From a virus (lineage: Duplodnaviria; Caudoviricetes), in IMG/VR virus record IMGVR_UViG_3300018067_000117, positions 1 through 44,971 of that record: a stretch of 44,971 nt of DNA; one strand, given 5' to 3'. The translations under genes were made by a program, and so were the position numbers. The notes beneath the pieces were generated by a model, which saw only the letters and a program-made list of their open reading frames with translations, was not told the origin of the DNA and did not search any database. This document shows, piece by piece, positions 8,819 through 19,237 of this stretch (position 1 is the stretch's first letter; every line of letters starts with the position of its first letter).

Positions 8819-9190
8819 TCAGAAAATTCTGGCCGTGACCTTCACCGCATTGGTCAGCGTCACCATCTTGAGGCGGACGAACTTGGCCACGATGTTTGTG
8901 GCTTCGATGCGCCCAACGAACTGGGCGCTCAGACCCGTTTCGTAGGACGCTTTGGTCACAAAACACTTTTCTTCGTTCGTGTCAGCCGTCTGCAAATCAA
9001 CTTTGATCGCGCCGGGGTTGGCGGCGAACAACAACTCCACCGACAGGCAATTCGAAAGATTTTCATTGCGCTGGAGTCCCACCGCCAGACTACTACTGCC
9101 TGCCGTGACGTTCTCATCATTCCACACCGCTTGCGGAATCCCACCTTCCGCTGTTTTGGGCGGGGCCGATCCATACACAGGCATAATCAC
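8819..9190 (-). CDS. Putative virion adaptor protein, paralog B
   Basis: Paralog of 7508..7870. Confidence 0.75.
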   Translation of the reverse strand: MIMPVYGSAPPKTAEGGIPQAVWNDENVTAGSSSLAVGLQRNENLSNCLSVELLFAANPGAIKVDLQTADTNEEKCFVTKASYETGLSAQFVGRIEATNIVAKFVRLKMVTLTNAVKVTARIF

Positions 9191-9507
9191 ACCTCTCCGT
9201 CGATGACCGATACCACATGTACCGTGCGATAGTTCAGATCGGCCTGCACGGCTTTAATTTCCAATGAATACTCCACGTTCTTCGGAAGCATCATCGTGTC
9301 GGCTTCGATGGGCCACTCATACGCTCCGTCACTACCGGGGACGTAGCGCATCGGGACATTACTGAAGGCCGGAATCGGCTGTTCTTTGCTGTCTCGGAGC
9401 GTGGCTTTGACCGTGGCGGAATTCAGATACTGCCCGGTGTCCGTCGTGCGGAGCCCCACCAGTGTCACCACTTGATCATTGCCACGCCGGATGATGACTC
9501 TAGCCAT
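9187..9507 (-). CDS. Ig/BppU-like structural protein
   Basis: MARVIIRRGNDQVVTLVGL...ATVKATLRD...GAYE...YSLEIKA; SD GGAGG before ATG 9507. Confidence 0.55.
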   Translation of the reverse strand: MARVIIRRGNDQVVTLVGLRTTDTGQYLNSATVKATLRDSKEQPIPAFSNVPMRYVPGSDGAYEWPIEADTMMLPKNVEYSLEIKAVQADLNYRTVHVVSVIDGEV

Positions 9508-9790
9508 GTTTCTTCCTCCACCCTTCCACGACACTGCTAGTCACCAACGCCCGGACACCGGGTCTGATTCTCCGGTGCGAGTGCGGAGTAGGTGTCGGAA
9601 GCGACTCAGCGGTGGTCAATTCCACGAACAGACTCGTCACCAAACTCCTGCACTCAATTGCAGTCATTGTGGCCTGTAGCCGCACGGTCACCCCAGTGCT
9701 GGTGACTTCTTCCCCTTCAATAACCGGTGGCTCAATGACACCCGCGCCGGTCGTCAGGCCATAGAGCCCCGGATAGAGCCCGCCGAGCAT
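9500..9790 (-). CDS. Hypothetical structural-module protein
   Basis: 96 aa, coupled to the collagen gene (TGATG). Confidence 0.6.
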   Translation of the reverse strand: MLGGLYPGLYGLTTGAGVIEPPVIEGEEVTSTGVTVRLQATMTAIECRSLVTSLFVELTTAESLPTPTPHSHRRIRPGVRALVTSSVVEGWRKKHG

Positions 9791-12720
9791 CAGAAATACC
9801 AGCCCCAGCTACCGGCTTGCACCACCACATCGGTGTTGGCCAATTCGTTGGCGAAGCGGACGGCGAACGTCCCATTCGCCGTGCAGACATAGCGGCCTTG
9901 GATGATGTGAATCAAATCCACGGCTGGCGTCACCGTGCTGGTCAAGAGCGTCATGTCATCCCGCACCGTGTTGTGCCGCTCCGTCCACGTCGCCACGCCT
10001 GCGGCCCCACTGGCAATCACCTGATTCAGATGGTGAAAGCTCAGGGCTCCTGCGGGACAGTTCACCCCGCACTTGTGGCCCGTGTTTGCCTGTGCCGACT
10101 GGAACACCACGTAGAAATAGAAGGCATACACCTGACCACTGACAACGGGGAACGTGAGGTTCGTCACATCCGCGAACACCCCGGCTCCGGCGTTGATCGT
10201 CTGGTTCGCTGTCTTCTTCAACAGGTTGAACAGCACCGGGCCGGGGATGCCTTGGATGCCCTGAATCCCCTGTGGCCCCACCTCTCCGGTGTCACCCTTC
10301 GGACCCTGAGCCCCGGTATTCCCCTGCGGACCCTGAGCGCCTTGGGCTCCGGTGTCGCCCTTGATGCCTTGCGGTCCCTGTGGACCGGTCACCGGGGTTC
10401 CGGGTACGCCCTGTGGTCCTGCTGGTCCTTCCGGCCCTGCTGTCCCAGTGTCACCCTTGATACCCTGCGGCCCTTCTACCCCCTGTGCGCCTTGAGCACC
10501 CGTAGCACCGGTTGGGCCTTGTGGCCCTGCTGGACCCTGAGGACCGGCAGGACCGGCTGGGCCTTGTGGAAACGCCCCTGCGTCGGCCCATTCACCCGTG
10601 TCTGTGTCCCAGACCCACAGATGCCCGGTGTCGGCCACAATCCATGCGTCACCGGGTTCTCCGGTTGGTGGTAAATCGGCAACGGTCGCTGCCGTGCCCT
10701 GCAGATCGATGCCTGCGCCCTCGGGGCCTTCTGGACCTTCGGGGCCTTCGGCACCGGGCACACCCTGTACGCCTTGTGGACCAGCAGGGCCTTCTGGTCC
10801 CGTGGGACCGGCAGGACCGGCCTGTCCTTCGGCTCCCGGTATACCCGGTACACCCTGTGCGCCTTGTGGACCGACGGCTCCCTCGGTTCCTTCCAGTCCA
10901 GAGGGACCGGCCACACCCTGTGGACCTTGGGGGCCTTCTGGACCCGTGGCTCCGACCGGGCCTGCTGGCCCCATCACCCCCGGTGACCCTTGGGCTCCCG
11001 CAGGGCCTTCAGGACCGTCCGCGCCCGCTGGTCCGACTGGTCCTACTGGACCTTGTGGCCCCGGATCACCATCGGTGCCACGGAAGCCTCGTGGGCCTTG
11101 GTCACCCTGTGCGCCCGGATCACCTTGGGGACCGATGTCTCCCTGATCGCCCTTTGGTCCTGCGGGGCCTTCTGGACCCGTCGCACCGGCTGGTCCCTCC
11201 GGTCCCGTCCATCCCTGTTCTCCTTGCGGTCCTGCTGGTCCAGCCGCTCCCGGAGCCCCTTGAGCACCTTGTGGACCCGTTGCACCGTCTGCTCCAGCCG
11301 GTCCAATTGGTCCCGCAGCACCTGTCGGGCCTGCTGGACCTTGATCACCTTGTACACCAGCTACTCCTTCGGGGCCTTGGGGTCCAACAGCGCCAGTATC
11401 GCCTTGAGTTCCTTGCGGACCTTCGGGACCAACTGGTCCCTGAATTCCTTGGGGGCCTTCTGGACCAGCTTCCCCAGTTTCTCCAACCGGACCAGCGGGT
11501 CCGATGGGTCCACTTTCACCTTGCGGGCCGACGTCACCGGTATCTCCTTTCGGGCCTGCGGGTCCGGGCGGGCCTTGCGGACCTTCTGGTCCGGGCGGTC
11601 CTTGGCTCCCCGGAGGACCGGGCACACCACCCGGACCCTGTGGACCGGGCTCTCCCTGATCACCCTTTGGACCCTGTGGACCAATAGGACCGGGAATCGT
11701 ATCCGCGCCTTCCGACAAGAGCACCACCGCGAGTCGGCTGTTGTGCCCAAACTCCGCCACGCCTCCCGGTCCACTCTGCGACACCAACGACACCGCTACC
11801 GAGAACCAGTCCGTGGAGGGTATGACTTGCTCGATCTGCCAGACTTGATGCTTCACGGCCACGTCAGCATCCTGAATCAGAATGCGAGCCGTGGGCGGCG
11901 TCATCTCAAAAAACACATGCGCGTCGAAGCCTTCATCCGTCAACCAGTCCACGGCGATCAGAGTTGCTTCGGTCTGATTGGCCGCATTCCACCGGATCTT
12001 CCCGGCTCCGGGGTCTTGCATCTGTTGGTTATTCGCATCAGCCTTGTAGAAAAACACCGATGAGGATGGGGCGATGGGCAGATCACTGATATCACTCGCC
12101 GGGATCTTGTCCAGCGTCGAGATAACGCCCGTGCCCTCCATACTCCGCATGTAGCCAGTCGGCAGTTCTGACAGGGCCTGAGCGTTCGGCAGGTACTCTT
12201 CTCCGCTCGCACGTCCAATGGCGTTCCGGCTTTGCACAATGAACGGGGTGGCTCCTGCTCCGGCCACATCCAACCGTCCATCCGTGATCGTCAGATAATC
12301 GCCCAGTGCAATTTCTTCGGACGGTCCCGGTCCAGTCTCCCGGCCTCTGAGTAGCTGACCGGTGGTAAAGGGCTTGCCCTCTTGGGCCAACGTCTGTAAA
12401 TCCAGCAGCGTCTTATCGGTGATCGTGGCGGCGATCAGGTCGCCTGCGACGATGCTCCGGGCTGTCGTGCCTTCTTGAGCCCGTTGCAACGTGAACGTGT
12501 CGCCGTCTCTCGCCGTGACACGAGCAATTTCAGCATTGGTGGGATCGGGGAGCACGTCTTTGGGCCAGACGGTGGCGTTGAAGGGCGGGTCAGGAAAGCG
12601 ATCCCCGTGCCCGGTGGGGACCATCAACTCTGCGCCGGATACAGCGGGCCACGGAGCTTCGGCTACCGCCGATACCGCAAAATTCTTGTAGTCATCCACG
12701 GCAAGAAGCTCCCTGTGCAA
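9790..12720 (-). CDS. Collagen-like tail/head fibre protein
   Basis: Two long Gly-X-Y tracts, internal GDAWIV...GHLWVWD module, N-term [19 protein letters not shown]-terminal beta domain; TTG start. Confidence 0.9.
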   Translation of the reverse strand: MHRELLAVDDYKNFAVSAVAEAPWPAVSGAELMVPTGHGDRFPDPPFNATVWPKDVLPDPTNAEIARVTARDGDTFTLQRAQEGTTARSIVAGDLIAATITDKTLLDLQTLAQEGKPFTTGQLLRGRETGPGPSEEIALGDYLTITDGRLDVAGAGATPFIVQSRNAIGRASGEEYLPNAQALSELPTGYMRSMEGTGVISTLDKIPASDISDLPIAPSSSVFFYKADANNQQMQDPGAGKIRWNAANQTEATLIAVDWLTDEGFDAHVFFEMTPPTARILIQDADVAVKHQVWQIEQVIPSTDWFSVAVSLVSQSGPGGVAEFGHNSRLAVVLLSEGADTIPGPIGPQGPKGDQGEPGPQGPGGVPGPPGSQGPPGPEGPQGPPGPAGPKGDTGDVGPQGESGPIGPAGPVGETGEAGPEGPQGIQGPVGPEGPQGTQGDTGAVGPQGPEGVAGVQGDQGPAGPTGAAGPIGPAGADGATGPQGAQGAPGAAGPAGPQGEQGWTGPEGPAGATGPEGPAGPKGDQGDIGPQGDPGAQGDQGPRGFRGTDGDPGPQGPVGPVGPAGADGPEGPAGAQGSPGVMGPAGPVGATGPEGPQGPQGVAGPSGLEGTEGAVGPQGAQGVPGIPGAEGQAGPAGPTGPEGPAGPQGVQGVPGAEGPEGPEGPEGAGIDLQGTAATVADLPPTGEPGDAWIVADTGHLWVWDTDTGEWADAGAFPQGPAGPAGPQGPAGPQGPTGATGAQGAQGVEGPQGIKGDTGTAGPEGPAGPQGVPGTPVTGPQGPQGIKGDTGAQGAQGPQGNTGAQGPKGDTGEVGPQGIQGIQGIPGPVLFNLLKKTANQTINAGAGVFADVTNLTFPVVSGQVYAFYFYVVFQSAQANTGHKCGVNCPAGALSFHHLNQVIASGAAGVATWTERHNTVRDDMTLLTSTVTPAVDLIHIIQGRYVCTANGTFAVRFANELANTDVVVQAGSWGWYF
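10240..11695 (-). repeat. Collagen (Gly-X-Y)n coding repeats
   Basis: 9-nt periodicity (GPQ/GPA/GPE triplets), interrupted at about 10575-10715. Confidence 0.95.
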
Positions 12721-12957
12721 TCAATTGCCAACTTGCGGGATCACGTCACGCATCACCGTGTGCAGAGCGGTCGCTAGTTCTTCAGACGGCTCTCCGAAGA
12801 CGCGAATGACAACTTCACCCGACATTTCTTGAACGATCACCGCGAGTGCTTGCAGACCGGTCGCTTCCCAGTCTTGGTCATCCTCTTCTTCGTCATCATC
12901 AATGGGCACAAGATTGCCGTGCTCATCGATCACATAGTCATCGGCTAGGCCGTCCAT
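12721..12957 (-). CDS. Acidic hypothetical protein
   Basis: GGAGG before ATG 12957; DDDEEEDD tract. Confidence 0.6.
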   Translation of the reverse strand: MDGLADDYVIDEHGNLVPIDDDEEEDDQDWEATGLQALAVIVQEMSGEVVIRVFGEPSEELATALHTVMRDVIPQVGN

Positions 12958-13058
12958 GATGGACCTCCAGCGTGCCCCACATAATACCATCGGGACTGAA
13001 GACACAAACAGATATTCAGATGAGTCACCCTCCATGGCCACAGGCAGGCGAAATTACG

Positions 13059-13220
13059 CTATTCCGTCCACCACCGCTCGCCTCTCGTGCCTGATTGGTA
13101 AATGTGATCCCTCATCCACGATGAGGACATGAAACGATCTGTCGGCTCCACGGTGATCGACCACCGTCGCCAGCCCCACCACAACACGCTCCCGACCACC
13201 ACCAGCCAGATACCCTCCAT
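13059..13220 (-). CDS. Small membrane-anchored protein (53 aa, not in the ORF track)
   Basis: SD GGAGGA; MEGIWLVVVGSVLWWGWRRW... Confidence 0.55.
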   Translation of the reverse strand: MEGIWLVVVGSVLWWGWRRWSITVEPTDRFMSSSWMRDHIYQSGTRGERWWTE

Positions 13221-13232
13221 GGCCTTTCCTCC

Positions 13233-14684
13233 TTACCGCTTACCCTGTTTACCCTTGGGCGCAACGCCTTGTCGCTGTTGCTCGCGCCACGCATCGCGTT
13301 CCTGTTCCTTCTTGAGTTCCTCTCGGAAGTAATCGTCGCGCTGTTGCTGCTCCGCCTCCGGCGCAGACTGTCCCTTCGGGGCCGGGATCGCGTTCATGTC
13401 CTTGTGAATCTCCACGACGTGCTCCCTTCCATCACCCAACTGCCGCCCATACACGCGCAACATGGTGGGATCGTACTGCGGACTGTCCGGGTCCACCTTC
13501 TCGTCATGACGACGGTAATGGCCGTCCTGAAACTCCAGCGGCACCGAGCGTGCGCCGTCCACCCATGCCCGCGCTACTTGCTCTTCTTCGGCGTTCAGGC
13601 GGCGACAGAGCTTGGCATCCACCGAATGGTAGTCGCTGCCTGCAATCAGCAAGGCGGCTCCAGCCGCTGACTCGTAGGCCAGTCGCTTCTGTTCATCGAG
13701 CGGACTGCCGATCCACATGCCCACTTGCGGATAGCGACTCACTTCGTTCGTAATCACCGGCACATGGCTGGGAGGCCAATCCTGCGTGCCCTCGGACAGT
13801 TCCATCGCGTTGTGACCAACTTTTCTTTGTTCTTCGGGGGCGGCGTTCGTGTGGAACGCCTCCCAATCCCACCACGGGCGAGGTGGGCACGTCTGACTCC
13901 CATTGCTGCCATGTGAAGCCAGCACGCCACTCGGGCGCGGGAAGATGGACGTGTCGAGGTGGCCGCTGGCGTCATTCTCGTTCACCAACTCGATCAGGAC
14001 GTTGGAGAACGGACGCAGCACCTCAATGCACCGGTTGAAGTGGTCCAATTGCTCGTTCTGCGGCGGTTGCCAGCCCGCGAACAGGCAGGCCATGTAGTAC
14101 AGTCCGTGGTCGGCACACCGCTGGGCCGTCTCACCCAGATGCTGGTAGTAGTCCCGATGGGTGGTGGGCAAGACGTCATAGGCGGGATCGCCCCATTCCT
14201 GCGCGACGAAATCGCGCACCATGTTGAAGCCCATGTCCCTGACCTGTGACAGCCACGGCTCCGTGTCGGTGCCCTCACAGACGAACTTCTGCAGGACAAA
14301 GCTGGTGATGCAGATGGCCGTGAACCGTGAGCCATCCTCCTGCATGAAGTAGTGCCCCTGCGCCCGGAGCCGACTGACATTCCCCGTGTTGCCTCCGCCG
14401 CCGCCCTCTCCGCTGCCCCCGCTGCTGGCCAACGGCCACGCTTCCTGCCATGCCCGACGCGCCGTGTGCCACGTCGGATACTCGTCAATCATCCGGTAGT
14501 AGCCGTGGTGTTCGTCGGTGCGGGCCGCTTCGCCGGGTTCACCCTTGTCGGTGCGGTGCTGCGCGTACCACTCTCTGCAGAGGCGATGAATCTCATCGGC
14601 TTCGTCCACGAACGTACGGTAGCGGGTGTTGTAGTCCCGCAGATCGTTATCGAGCAGACCCTTGGGATCATCGGGTGGCGGCAT
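13233..14684 (-). CDS. Glycoside hydrolase clan A (GH5-like TIM barrel) protein
   Basis: GFNMVRDF, LIELVNE (acid/base NE), VITNE (nucleophile); N-terminal domain plus Gly linker; SD GAAGGAG. Confidence 0.7.
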   Translation of the reverse strand: MPPPDDPKGLLDNDLRDYNTRYRTFVDEADEIHRLCREWYAQHRTDKGEPGEAARTDEHHGYYRMIDEYPTWHTARRAWQEAWPLASSGGSGEGGGGGNTGNVSRLRAQGHYFMQEDGSRFTAICITSFVLQKFVCEGTDTEPWLSQVRDMGFNMVRDFVAQEWGDPAYDVLPTTHRDYYQHLGETAQRCADHGLYYMACLFAGWQPPQNEQLDHFNRCIEVLRPFSNVLIELVNENDASGHLDTSIFPRPSGVLASHGSNGSQTCPPRPWWDWEAFHTNAAPEEQRKVGHNAMELSEGTQDWPPSHVPVITNEVSRYPQVGMWIGSPLDEQKRLAYESAAGAALLIAGSDYHSVDAKLCRRLNAEEEQVARAWVDGARSVPLEFQDGHYRRHDEKVDPDSPQYDPTMLRVYGRQLGDGREHVVEIHKDMNAIPAPKGQSAPEAEQQQRDDYFREELKKEQERDAWREQQRQGVAPKGKQGKR

Positions 14685-14726
14685 GCATGTGGCTCCTTCC
14701 GCCCGGAGTCTGTCACACTCGCGTGT

Positions 14727-14760
14727 ACAAAGCAAGAGCCGGATTGCTCCGGCTCCTTGC
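14727..14760 (-). terminator. Intrinsic terminator between accessory and virion blocks
   Basis: GAGCCGGA-GCAA-TCCGGCTC followed by TTGCTTTGT. Confidence 0.7.
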
Positions 14761-14777
14761 ACTTGATTGCAGCGTTT

Positions 14778-15869
14778 TCACTTCAGTTGTGCCACACAGG
14801 TAGGGCAGACCACGAAGCCGTGGAGGCTGGCGTACTGGAGCGTCTGCTGCTCGCAGAAGAAGCACGTCACCCCTACCACTGCCGCCTCGTGTGCTACGAC
14901 CAGCGGATTCGCATACTCCGGTCCCAGTTCAGCCTGCAGGGCCTCGTGGTTGGCCGCTGCCTCCGACGAGCCCGTCAGGGGGCCGTCCGTGACCGTCACG
15001 CTCACCGCGCCCGTGGCCTTGGCCAACGAGTCGGCCAGCGTGTCGATGGCCTCCTGAGCCGCCGGAGTGACCGTCAGCGTGGGCTCTCCAGTCGTGGACT
15101 CCGAGCCGATCCACGGGCCTTCCAGCTTCAGGGGGGCGACGGAGGACGCCGGGACCGCCAACGTGGGCGTGTAGTAGGTCGTCTTGTTGCCCACCGTCAC
15201 CGACGCGGGAGCCGAGACGGAGGCTTTCGCCTCCGCCTTGTCCGCCGCCGCCAGCCACTCGGCCTTGAGGCCGTAGTTCTCGGCGCAATCCGGGCCGAAG
15301 CCCACGAGGACCGACCGCTGCTCCTTGCCGAGCCCCAGCACCTTGTTGCAGAAGCAGCAATTGCCGGTGAGCTTGCCGTGGTCCTTGGCCACGCGAGCGG
15401 GGTTGCTGGCCAGAGCCGTCAGAAGCTCCGTGAGCCCCGGCAGGCCCGACTTGAAGGGCGTGAACACGCCCTCCGGGGACACCTTGCCGTAGAACGCACG
15501 GTTCGGGTAGACGCCTTCGCCCGAGATGCTGACGTGGCCGGGGAACTTCGACTTCGGGCCGTTCAGCGAGAGGACGAGCGCCGTGCCGTTGAGGCTCAAG
15601 CGGACCTTCGGGAATTTCAGGCCCGACTCCTTGGCCTTGTTGAAGAGCGCCACGACACCCGCGAAGCCGCCGACGTTGACCGCCACCGGAGCCGCCGCGA
15701 CGGGAGCCGCCGCACGGGCGATCAGGCGCTCAATCCACGGTTCCTGCTTGGGAGTGAGCCCGCCGTACTTCTTGAACGACGCGATCAGGTCCGACGCGAA
15801 TTTGGCGTCCGACGCCTTGAGGACCGGAACGAGGGTGGCGAGCTTGGCAACCGATTCTGAAAGAGTCAT
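14778..15869 (-). CDS. DUF6011-like Zn-ribbon phage protein
   Basis: GNCCFCNKVL...RSVLVGFGPDCAENYG; second CxxC...CxxC at the C-term; biased codon usage. Confidence 0.7.
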   Translation of the reverse strand: MTLSESVAKLATLVPVLKASDAKFASDLIASFKKYGGLTPKQEPWIERLIARAAAPVAAAPVAVNVGGFAGVVALFNKAKESGLKFPKVRLSLNGTALVLSLNGPKSKFPGHVSISGEGVYPNRAFYGKVSPEGVFTPFKSGLPGLTELLTALASNPARVAKDHGKLTGNCCFCNKVLGLGKEQRSVLVGFGPDCAENYGLKAEWLAAADKAEAKASVSAPASVTVGNKTTYYTPTLAVPASSVAPLKLEGPWIGSESTTGEPTLTVTPAAQEAIDTLADSLAKATGAVSVTVTDGPLTGSSEAAANHEALQAELGPEYANPLVVAHEAAVVGVTCFFCEQQTLQYASLHGFVVCPTCVAQLK

Positions 15870-15911
15870 GGTGGTTGGCCCCTCCTTGGGCACTTCCGAC
15901 TGACAAGAACA

Positions 15912-15940
15912 AGTATAGCACCTTCGGAGGGGCTTGTCAA
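15912..15940 (-). promoter_or_regulatory. sigma70 promoter
   Basis: TTGACA-N17-TATACT with TGn extension. Confidence 0.85.
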
Positions 15941-15956
15941 ATTTTTACTTTGAGGG

Positions 15957-16169
15957 CTATTTGCTGTTGCTGTACTCCAAAAACTCCAAATGCCGCTGCG
16001 CTTCCTCCCGAATCTCCTCCATCGTCGGACGGGGTTTTTCCAACACGTATTTGCAAAACTCCTTCAGCCGACTCCGACACCGGGTCAACTTGGTTCTGGC
16101 GCTCCGCCTATCCGACATCGGAACGACCTTCTTGCTCTTCTGTTGCGGTACGAACACTGTCATGCTCAT
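15957..16169 (-). CDS. Hypothetical basic protein
   Basis: SD GGAGG; 70 aa. Confidence 0.6.
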   Translation of the reverse strand: MSMTVFVPQQKSKKVVPMSDRRSARTKLTRCRSRLKEFCKYVLEKPRPTMEEIREEAQRHLEFLEYSNSK

Positions 16170-16184
16170 GCGGCCCTCCGTGGC

Positions 16185-16529
16185 TTATTTTTCGATATCT
16201 CGATGCTCGACGGAGACGCCTAGCTCCTGTGCCAGCCGCTCCGCCAGATAGACACTTCGGTGATGCCCACCCGTGCAGCCAATGTAGGCGACTTCCGTAC
16301 CCGGAGACGTCACCTGTTGCTGCACGTAGCGGTACTTCGCATTGAATTCTGGGGTCTTCTGAATCTCCGCCTGCACCGCTGGATCGGTGCCTAGCTTGGA
16401 GCGTAGGCGACGATCCCGATACGGGTTGCGAAACAGGCTCCGCACATCCACCACGACCACTCCGGGGGCCGTCTGGTCCGGAGGCTCAGGATGCTTAAAG
16501 CCAAAGCTGACAATCTTCTTCAACGTCAT
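16185..16529 (-). CDS. Stand-alone RapZ C-terminal domain protein
   Basis: IVSFGFKH, VDVRSLFRNPY, IGCTGGHHRSVYLAERL; no N-terminal P-loop. Confidence 0.85.
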   Translation of the reverse strand: MTLKKIVSFGFKHPEPPDQTAPGVVVVDVRSLFRNPYRDRRLRSKLGTDPAVQAEIQKTPEFNAKYRYVQQQVTSPGTEVAYIGCTGGHHRSVYLAERLAQELGVSVEHRDIEK

Positions 16530-16556
16530 CGCTGCCCTCCGTGGCAATCACTTGCA

Positions 16557-16772
16557 CTACTCGTTGAACACGATCAGCCACTCACCATTGCCGTCCGAGT
16601 ACTCGCCGCACTGCACCTCCCCGATCTTCTGAGCCACCGTCAGGTGGTCCTTCCGCCACGTCTTGCCGTGTCGTTCGAACGTCTCCGGCCACTCCGCTTC
16701 CGGCAGCGGGACTTTCCAGCCCAGCACCGTCGCCGCCACCGTCATCTTCTCCAACGATTCTTCACTGGGCAT
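16557..16772 (-). CDS. Hypothetical protein
   Basis: SD AAGGAG before ATG 16772. Confidence 0.6.
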   Translation of the reverse strand: MPSEESLEKMTVAATVLGWKVPLPEAEWPETFERHGKTWRKDHLTVAQKIGEVQCGEYSDGNGEWLIVFNE

Positions 16773-16783
16773 TGCCCACTCCT

Positions 16784-17239
16784 TTACCACACCACTTTCG
16801 CCGTCACACCTTTCGCCGTGTGCGACACAGAGGGGGCCACCGACACCGTCTTGGACCGGAGCCCCAGCCACGTCATCAACACGCCCGATCCGATCATCGC
16901 CAGTCCCACCTTGGTTTCCATCGCACTACCGCACGATCCGGCGTCCACGCTGTAGCTGCCGACACAGTACGTGTCACCCAGTACCCGGACATCGTCAAAG
17001 CCCCAGTGCAACACCAGCGACGTGCCGACCACCGTGGTCAGGACACCCACGATCCCCAACGCCCGAGACACCGGCTCGCTCTCCGGCGGGAGATACGCCG
17101 CACACGCCCCTCCTCTCATCCCCGGTGCATCTTTGTACCGCTCACAAATTTCCTGCATCGTCGGCACCCGCGACTCTTGCGCCCACGCCGTGCCCTGCAG
17201 TACCACACTCACCATCACCCACCGCGCTATCGCTCTCAT
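16784..17239 (-). CDS. Exported/membrane protein
   Basis: Signal peptide (TAWA-QE) and two hydrophobic segments. Confidence 0.6.
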   Translation of the reverse strand: MRAIARWVMVSVVLQGTAWAQESRVPTMQEICERYKDAPGMRGGACAAYLPPESEPVSRALGIVGVLTTVVGTSLVLHWGFDDVRVLGDTYCVGSYSVDAGSCGSAMETKVGLAMIGSGVLMTWLGLRSKTVSVAPSVSHTAKGVTAKVVW

Positions 17240-17240
17240 C

Positions 17241-18140
17241 TCAGGCTCCCATATCCGCAGCATCACGAAAGCCTAACGCCTGCGGAAAGCGGGGCTTGTC
17301 CTTGCCACCACTGGCGAAGAATTTGAATTTGAGAATCTTCCCGATGTACTCGTCGCCGTCATTCCAGATGGCCTGCCGCTCTGCGAGCGTGCCCGTGGGG
17401 CTGACCTTGTGGACCACGCCTGTCTCCAGATTCTTCACCACGTAGGCTCCCAGCGTGCCCTTGGCCACCTTCCCGGCTTGGTGACTGCTCCGCTTAGTAT
17501 GCCCCAGTTCATCCACGAACGCCGTGTTCGTGTTGGCCGACTGCTCGATCAGGTCGATGATCGTGCCCTCGCCGTCTGTGAACCGTTTCAGCTTCAGGAG
17601 CCAGCCTTCCCGCGCCGTCGAACGGCCCTGCTTATACAGGCCCGAAGGGCTCCGGAGCATCAGCCCCTCATACCCGCAGTCCACCGAGATGGCCTCCAGC
17701 TTGAGCAGCGTGCTCTGGTCTTCGATCAGGTTGTGGGGCACCATCTGGACGTAGGGCTGGTCGAAGGCTTCGACTACCACCGTCGCCGCCTTCAGGCGCA
17801 ATGAAAACGCCTTACCGGGCGCGAACAGGTCGAAGACATGGAATACGAAGGTGGGCTTGCCGTCCTGCGACATCACCGCACTGGTAGACACCCGGAAGGC
17901 GTCAGCGGATGCTGGGTTGCCGACGATCAGTTCCCCGTCGAGCCCTTCAAGCTCCGGCTTGCCCAGCAGGGCCTGCACATGCGCGTTCGGGATAGGCTTG
18001 AGGCTCCGGCTCAGGACGACACCACCCTGCACCGTGGCGCGGATGCCATCGAGCTTCGGGCTGACCAGCACCGGGAAGCGGTGGGGCTCCAGCACGAACG
18101 GGGCGTCAAGTTTTCCGGCCAACATCGGTTTCCAAGACAC
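17241..18140 (-). CDS. lig: ATP-dependent DNA ligase
   Basis: KPMLA, PKLDGIR, LDGEL, FHVFD, YEGLMLR, LLKLK, KPRFP. Confidence 0.95.
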   Translation of the reverse strand: MSWKPMLAGKLDAPFVLEPHRFPVLVSPKLDGIRATVQGGVVLSRSLKPIPNAHVQALLGKPELEGLDGELIVGNPASADAFRVSTSAVMSQDGKPTFVFHVFDLFAPGKAFSLRLKAATVVVEAFDQPYVQMVPHNLIEDQSTLLKLEAISVDCGYEGLMLRSPSGLYKQGRSTAREGWLLKLKRFTDGEGTIIDLIEQSANTNTAFVDELGHTKRSSHQAGKVAKGTLGAYVVKNLETGVVHKVSPTGTLAERQAIWNDGDEYIGKILKFKFFASGGKDKPRFPQALGFRDAADMGA

Positions 18141-18242
18141 GGGGCCACTCCATTGACTGGGAGGATATCAAGCTGCCTCCCGTCAGCCGTCGCTCTGCTA
18201 ATCTACCCCCGGTATTGGCGACCGTCACCGGATGTAAGAACC

Positions 18243-18271
18243 AGTCTACGCCCTTTTCGGGCGTTTGTCAA
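18243..18271 (-). promoter_or_regulatory. sigma70 promoter of the ligase operon
   Basis: TTGACA-N17-TAGACT. Confidence 0.75.
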
Positions 18272-18272
18272 A

Positions 18273-18716
18273 TCACCGGGCGAAGATTCCACCCGTACCG
18301 CCTGATGCGGCCCAACATTCCGCACAAACCGGACGCTTGGCCAGCCCCGCAGGACCGTCAGCCACTTCCCCGCAGGCCGCACAAGACGTCTTGGGCTTGC
18401 CCAGCGTCCCCAGCGACGTGTGCAGCCCAGTCACCCGCGTGAACACCTCACGAAGCTGGTCGTTGTACACGTCGCTCACCGTGGCCACGTTCTTGAGCTT
18501 CCCAGCCCGCAGATAGCTGGCCACCACCGTGTAGGTGTCCGAAGGGTCCAGCGTGATGTGGACCACGTTCACCCGCTTGCCGTCGTAGTTCACCGAGTTG
18601 ATCCGCAGCGACAGACCGTTAGGACTGCCGACGAGATTTTTGGCTCCAGTCATCACCAGAAAATGTCCGCCACCGAGTTGTTCCAGAATCGTTTTTGCGA
18701 TATCAAGATTTGCCAT
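18273..18716 (-). CDS. Conserved phage early protein with C-terminal Zn finger (probably leaderless)
   Basis: IAKTILEQLGGGHFLVMTGAKN...ITLDPSDTYTV...DVYNDQL..VF...TGL.TSL; ATG 7 nt below the -10 box. Confidence 0.75.
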   Translation of the reverse strand: MANLDIAKTILEQLGGGHFLVMTGAKNLVGSPNGLSLRINSVNYDGKRVNVVHITLDPSDTYTVVASYLRAGKLKNVATVSDVYNDQLREVFTRVTGLHTSLGTLGKPKTSCAACGEVADGPAGLAKRPVCAECWAASGGTGGIFAR

Positions 18717-18722
18717 ACCAAG

Positions 18723-18752
18723 AGTATCGCACAATTCAGGTGGATTTGTCAA
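18723..18752 (-). promoter_or_regulatory. sigma70 promoter
   Basis: TTGACA-N18-GATACT with TG extension. Confidence 0.7.
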
Positions 18753-19237
18753 GCTGCACTTGATTGCACGGCCTTCCACACCGGCCCGCCCGTCAACAGG
18801 GCATGGGCCTGCTGGATGTTGGCAGGCAGGACGCCCTTCCGGGGGTTCGTCTTCACGAACCACTCGCGGACGACGTCCATGTTGAACCGGCCTTCGTGGT
18901 TGTCGTCCAGAATGGCCAGTCTGACCGGCTGGCCGTGCCCCTGCAGCCACTGCTCGATTTCCCGGCCCCTGACCCCCATCCCCTGCCACTGGGGCACCAC
19001 CGTGGTCCCCAGCACGCGCCGGGAGGCAATCCCGAAGTGGTTCAGGATGGCCTGCAGTTCTGGCAGGGTGTAGTGGTGTCGCCAGTCGGAACTGACCACT
19101 ACCTGAGCATCGAGCTTGGTCACCAACCGCGCCACTCGTGCCGCCAGCCGTGGCTCAATCGCCACGTCTTCGTAGTACCGGTGATCCCGATTCAGTACGC
19201 CGTCGATATCAAGAAAAACCACACGCTGCACCATCAT
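18749..19237 (-). CDS. HAD-superfamily phosphatase (HAD_SAK_2-like)
   Basis: VFLDIDGVLN, VVSSDWR, RGREIEQWL, AILDD. Confidence 0.85.
   Translation of the reverse strand: MMVQRVVFLDIDGVLNRDHRYYEDVAIEPRLAARVARLVTKLDAQVVVSSDWRHHYTLPELQAILNHFGIASRRVLGTTVVPQWQGMGVRGREIEQWLQGHGQPVRLAILDDNHEGRFNMDVVREWFVKTNPRKGVLPANIQQAHALLTGGPVWKAVQSSAA

Noticed and set aside
9817-12063. Long + strand ORFs and apparent tandem repeats over the fibre gene
   Set aside because: Antisense shadows of Gly-X-Y codon periodicity.
14352-15860. 502-aa + strand ORF (and similar ones at 770, 29649, 38325, 42139)
   Set aside because: Antisense to well-supported genes with high GC3; no RBS or recognisable motifs.
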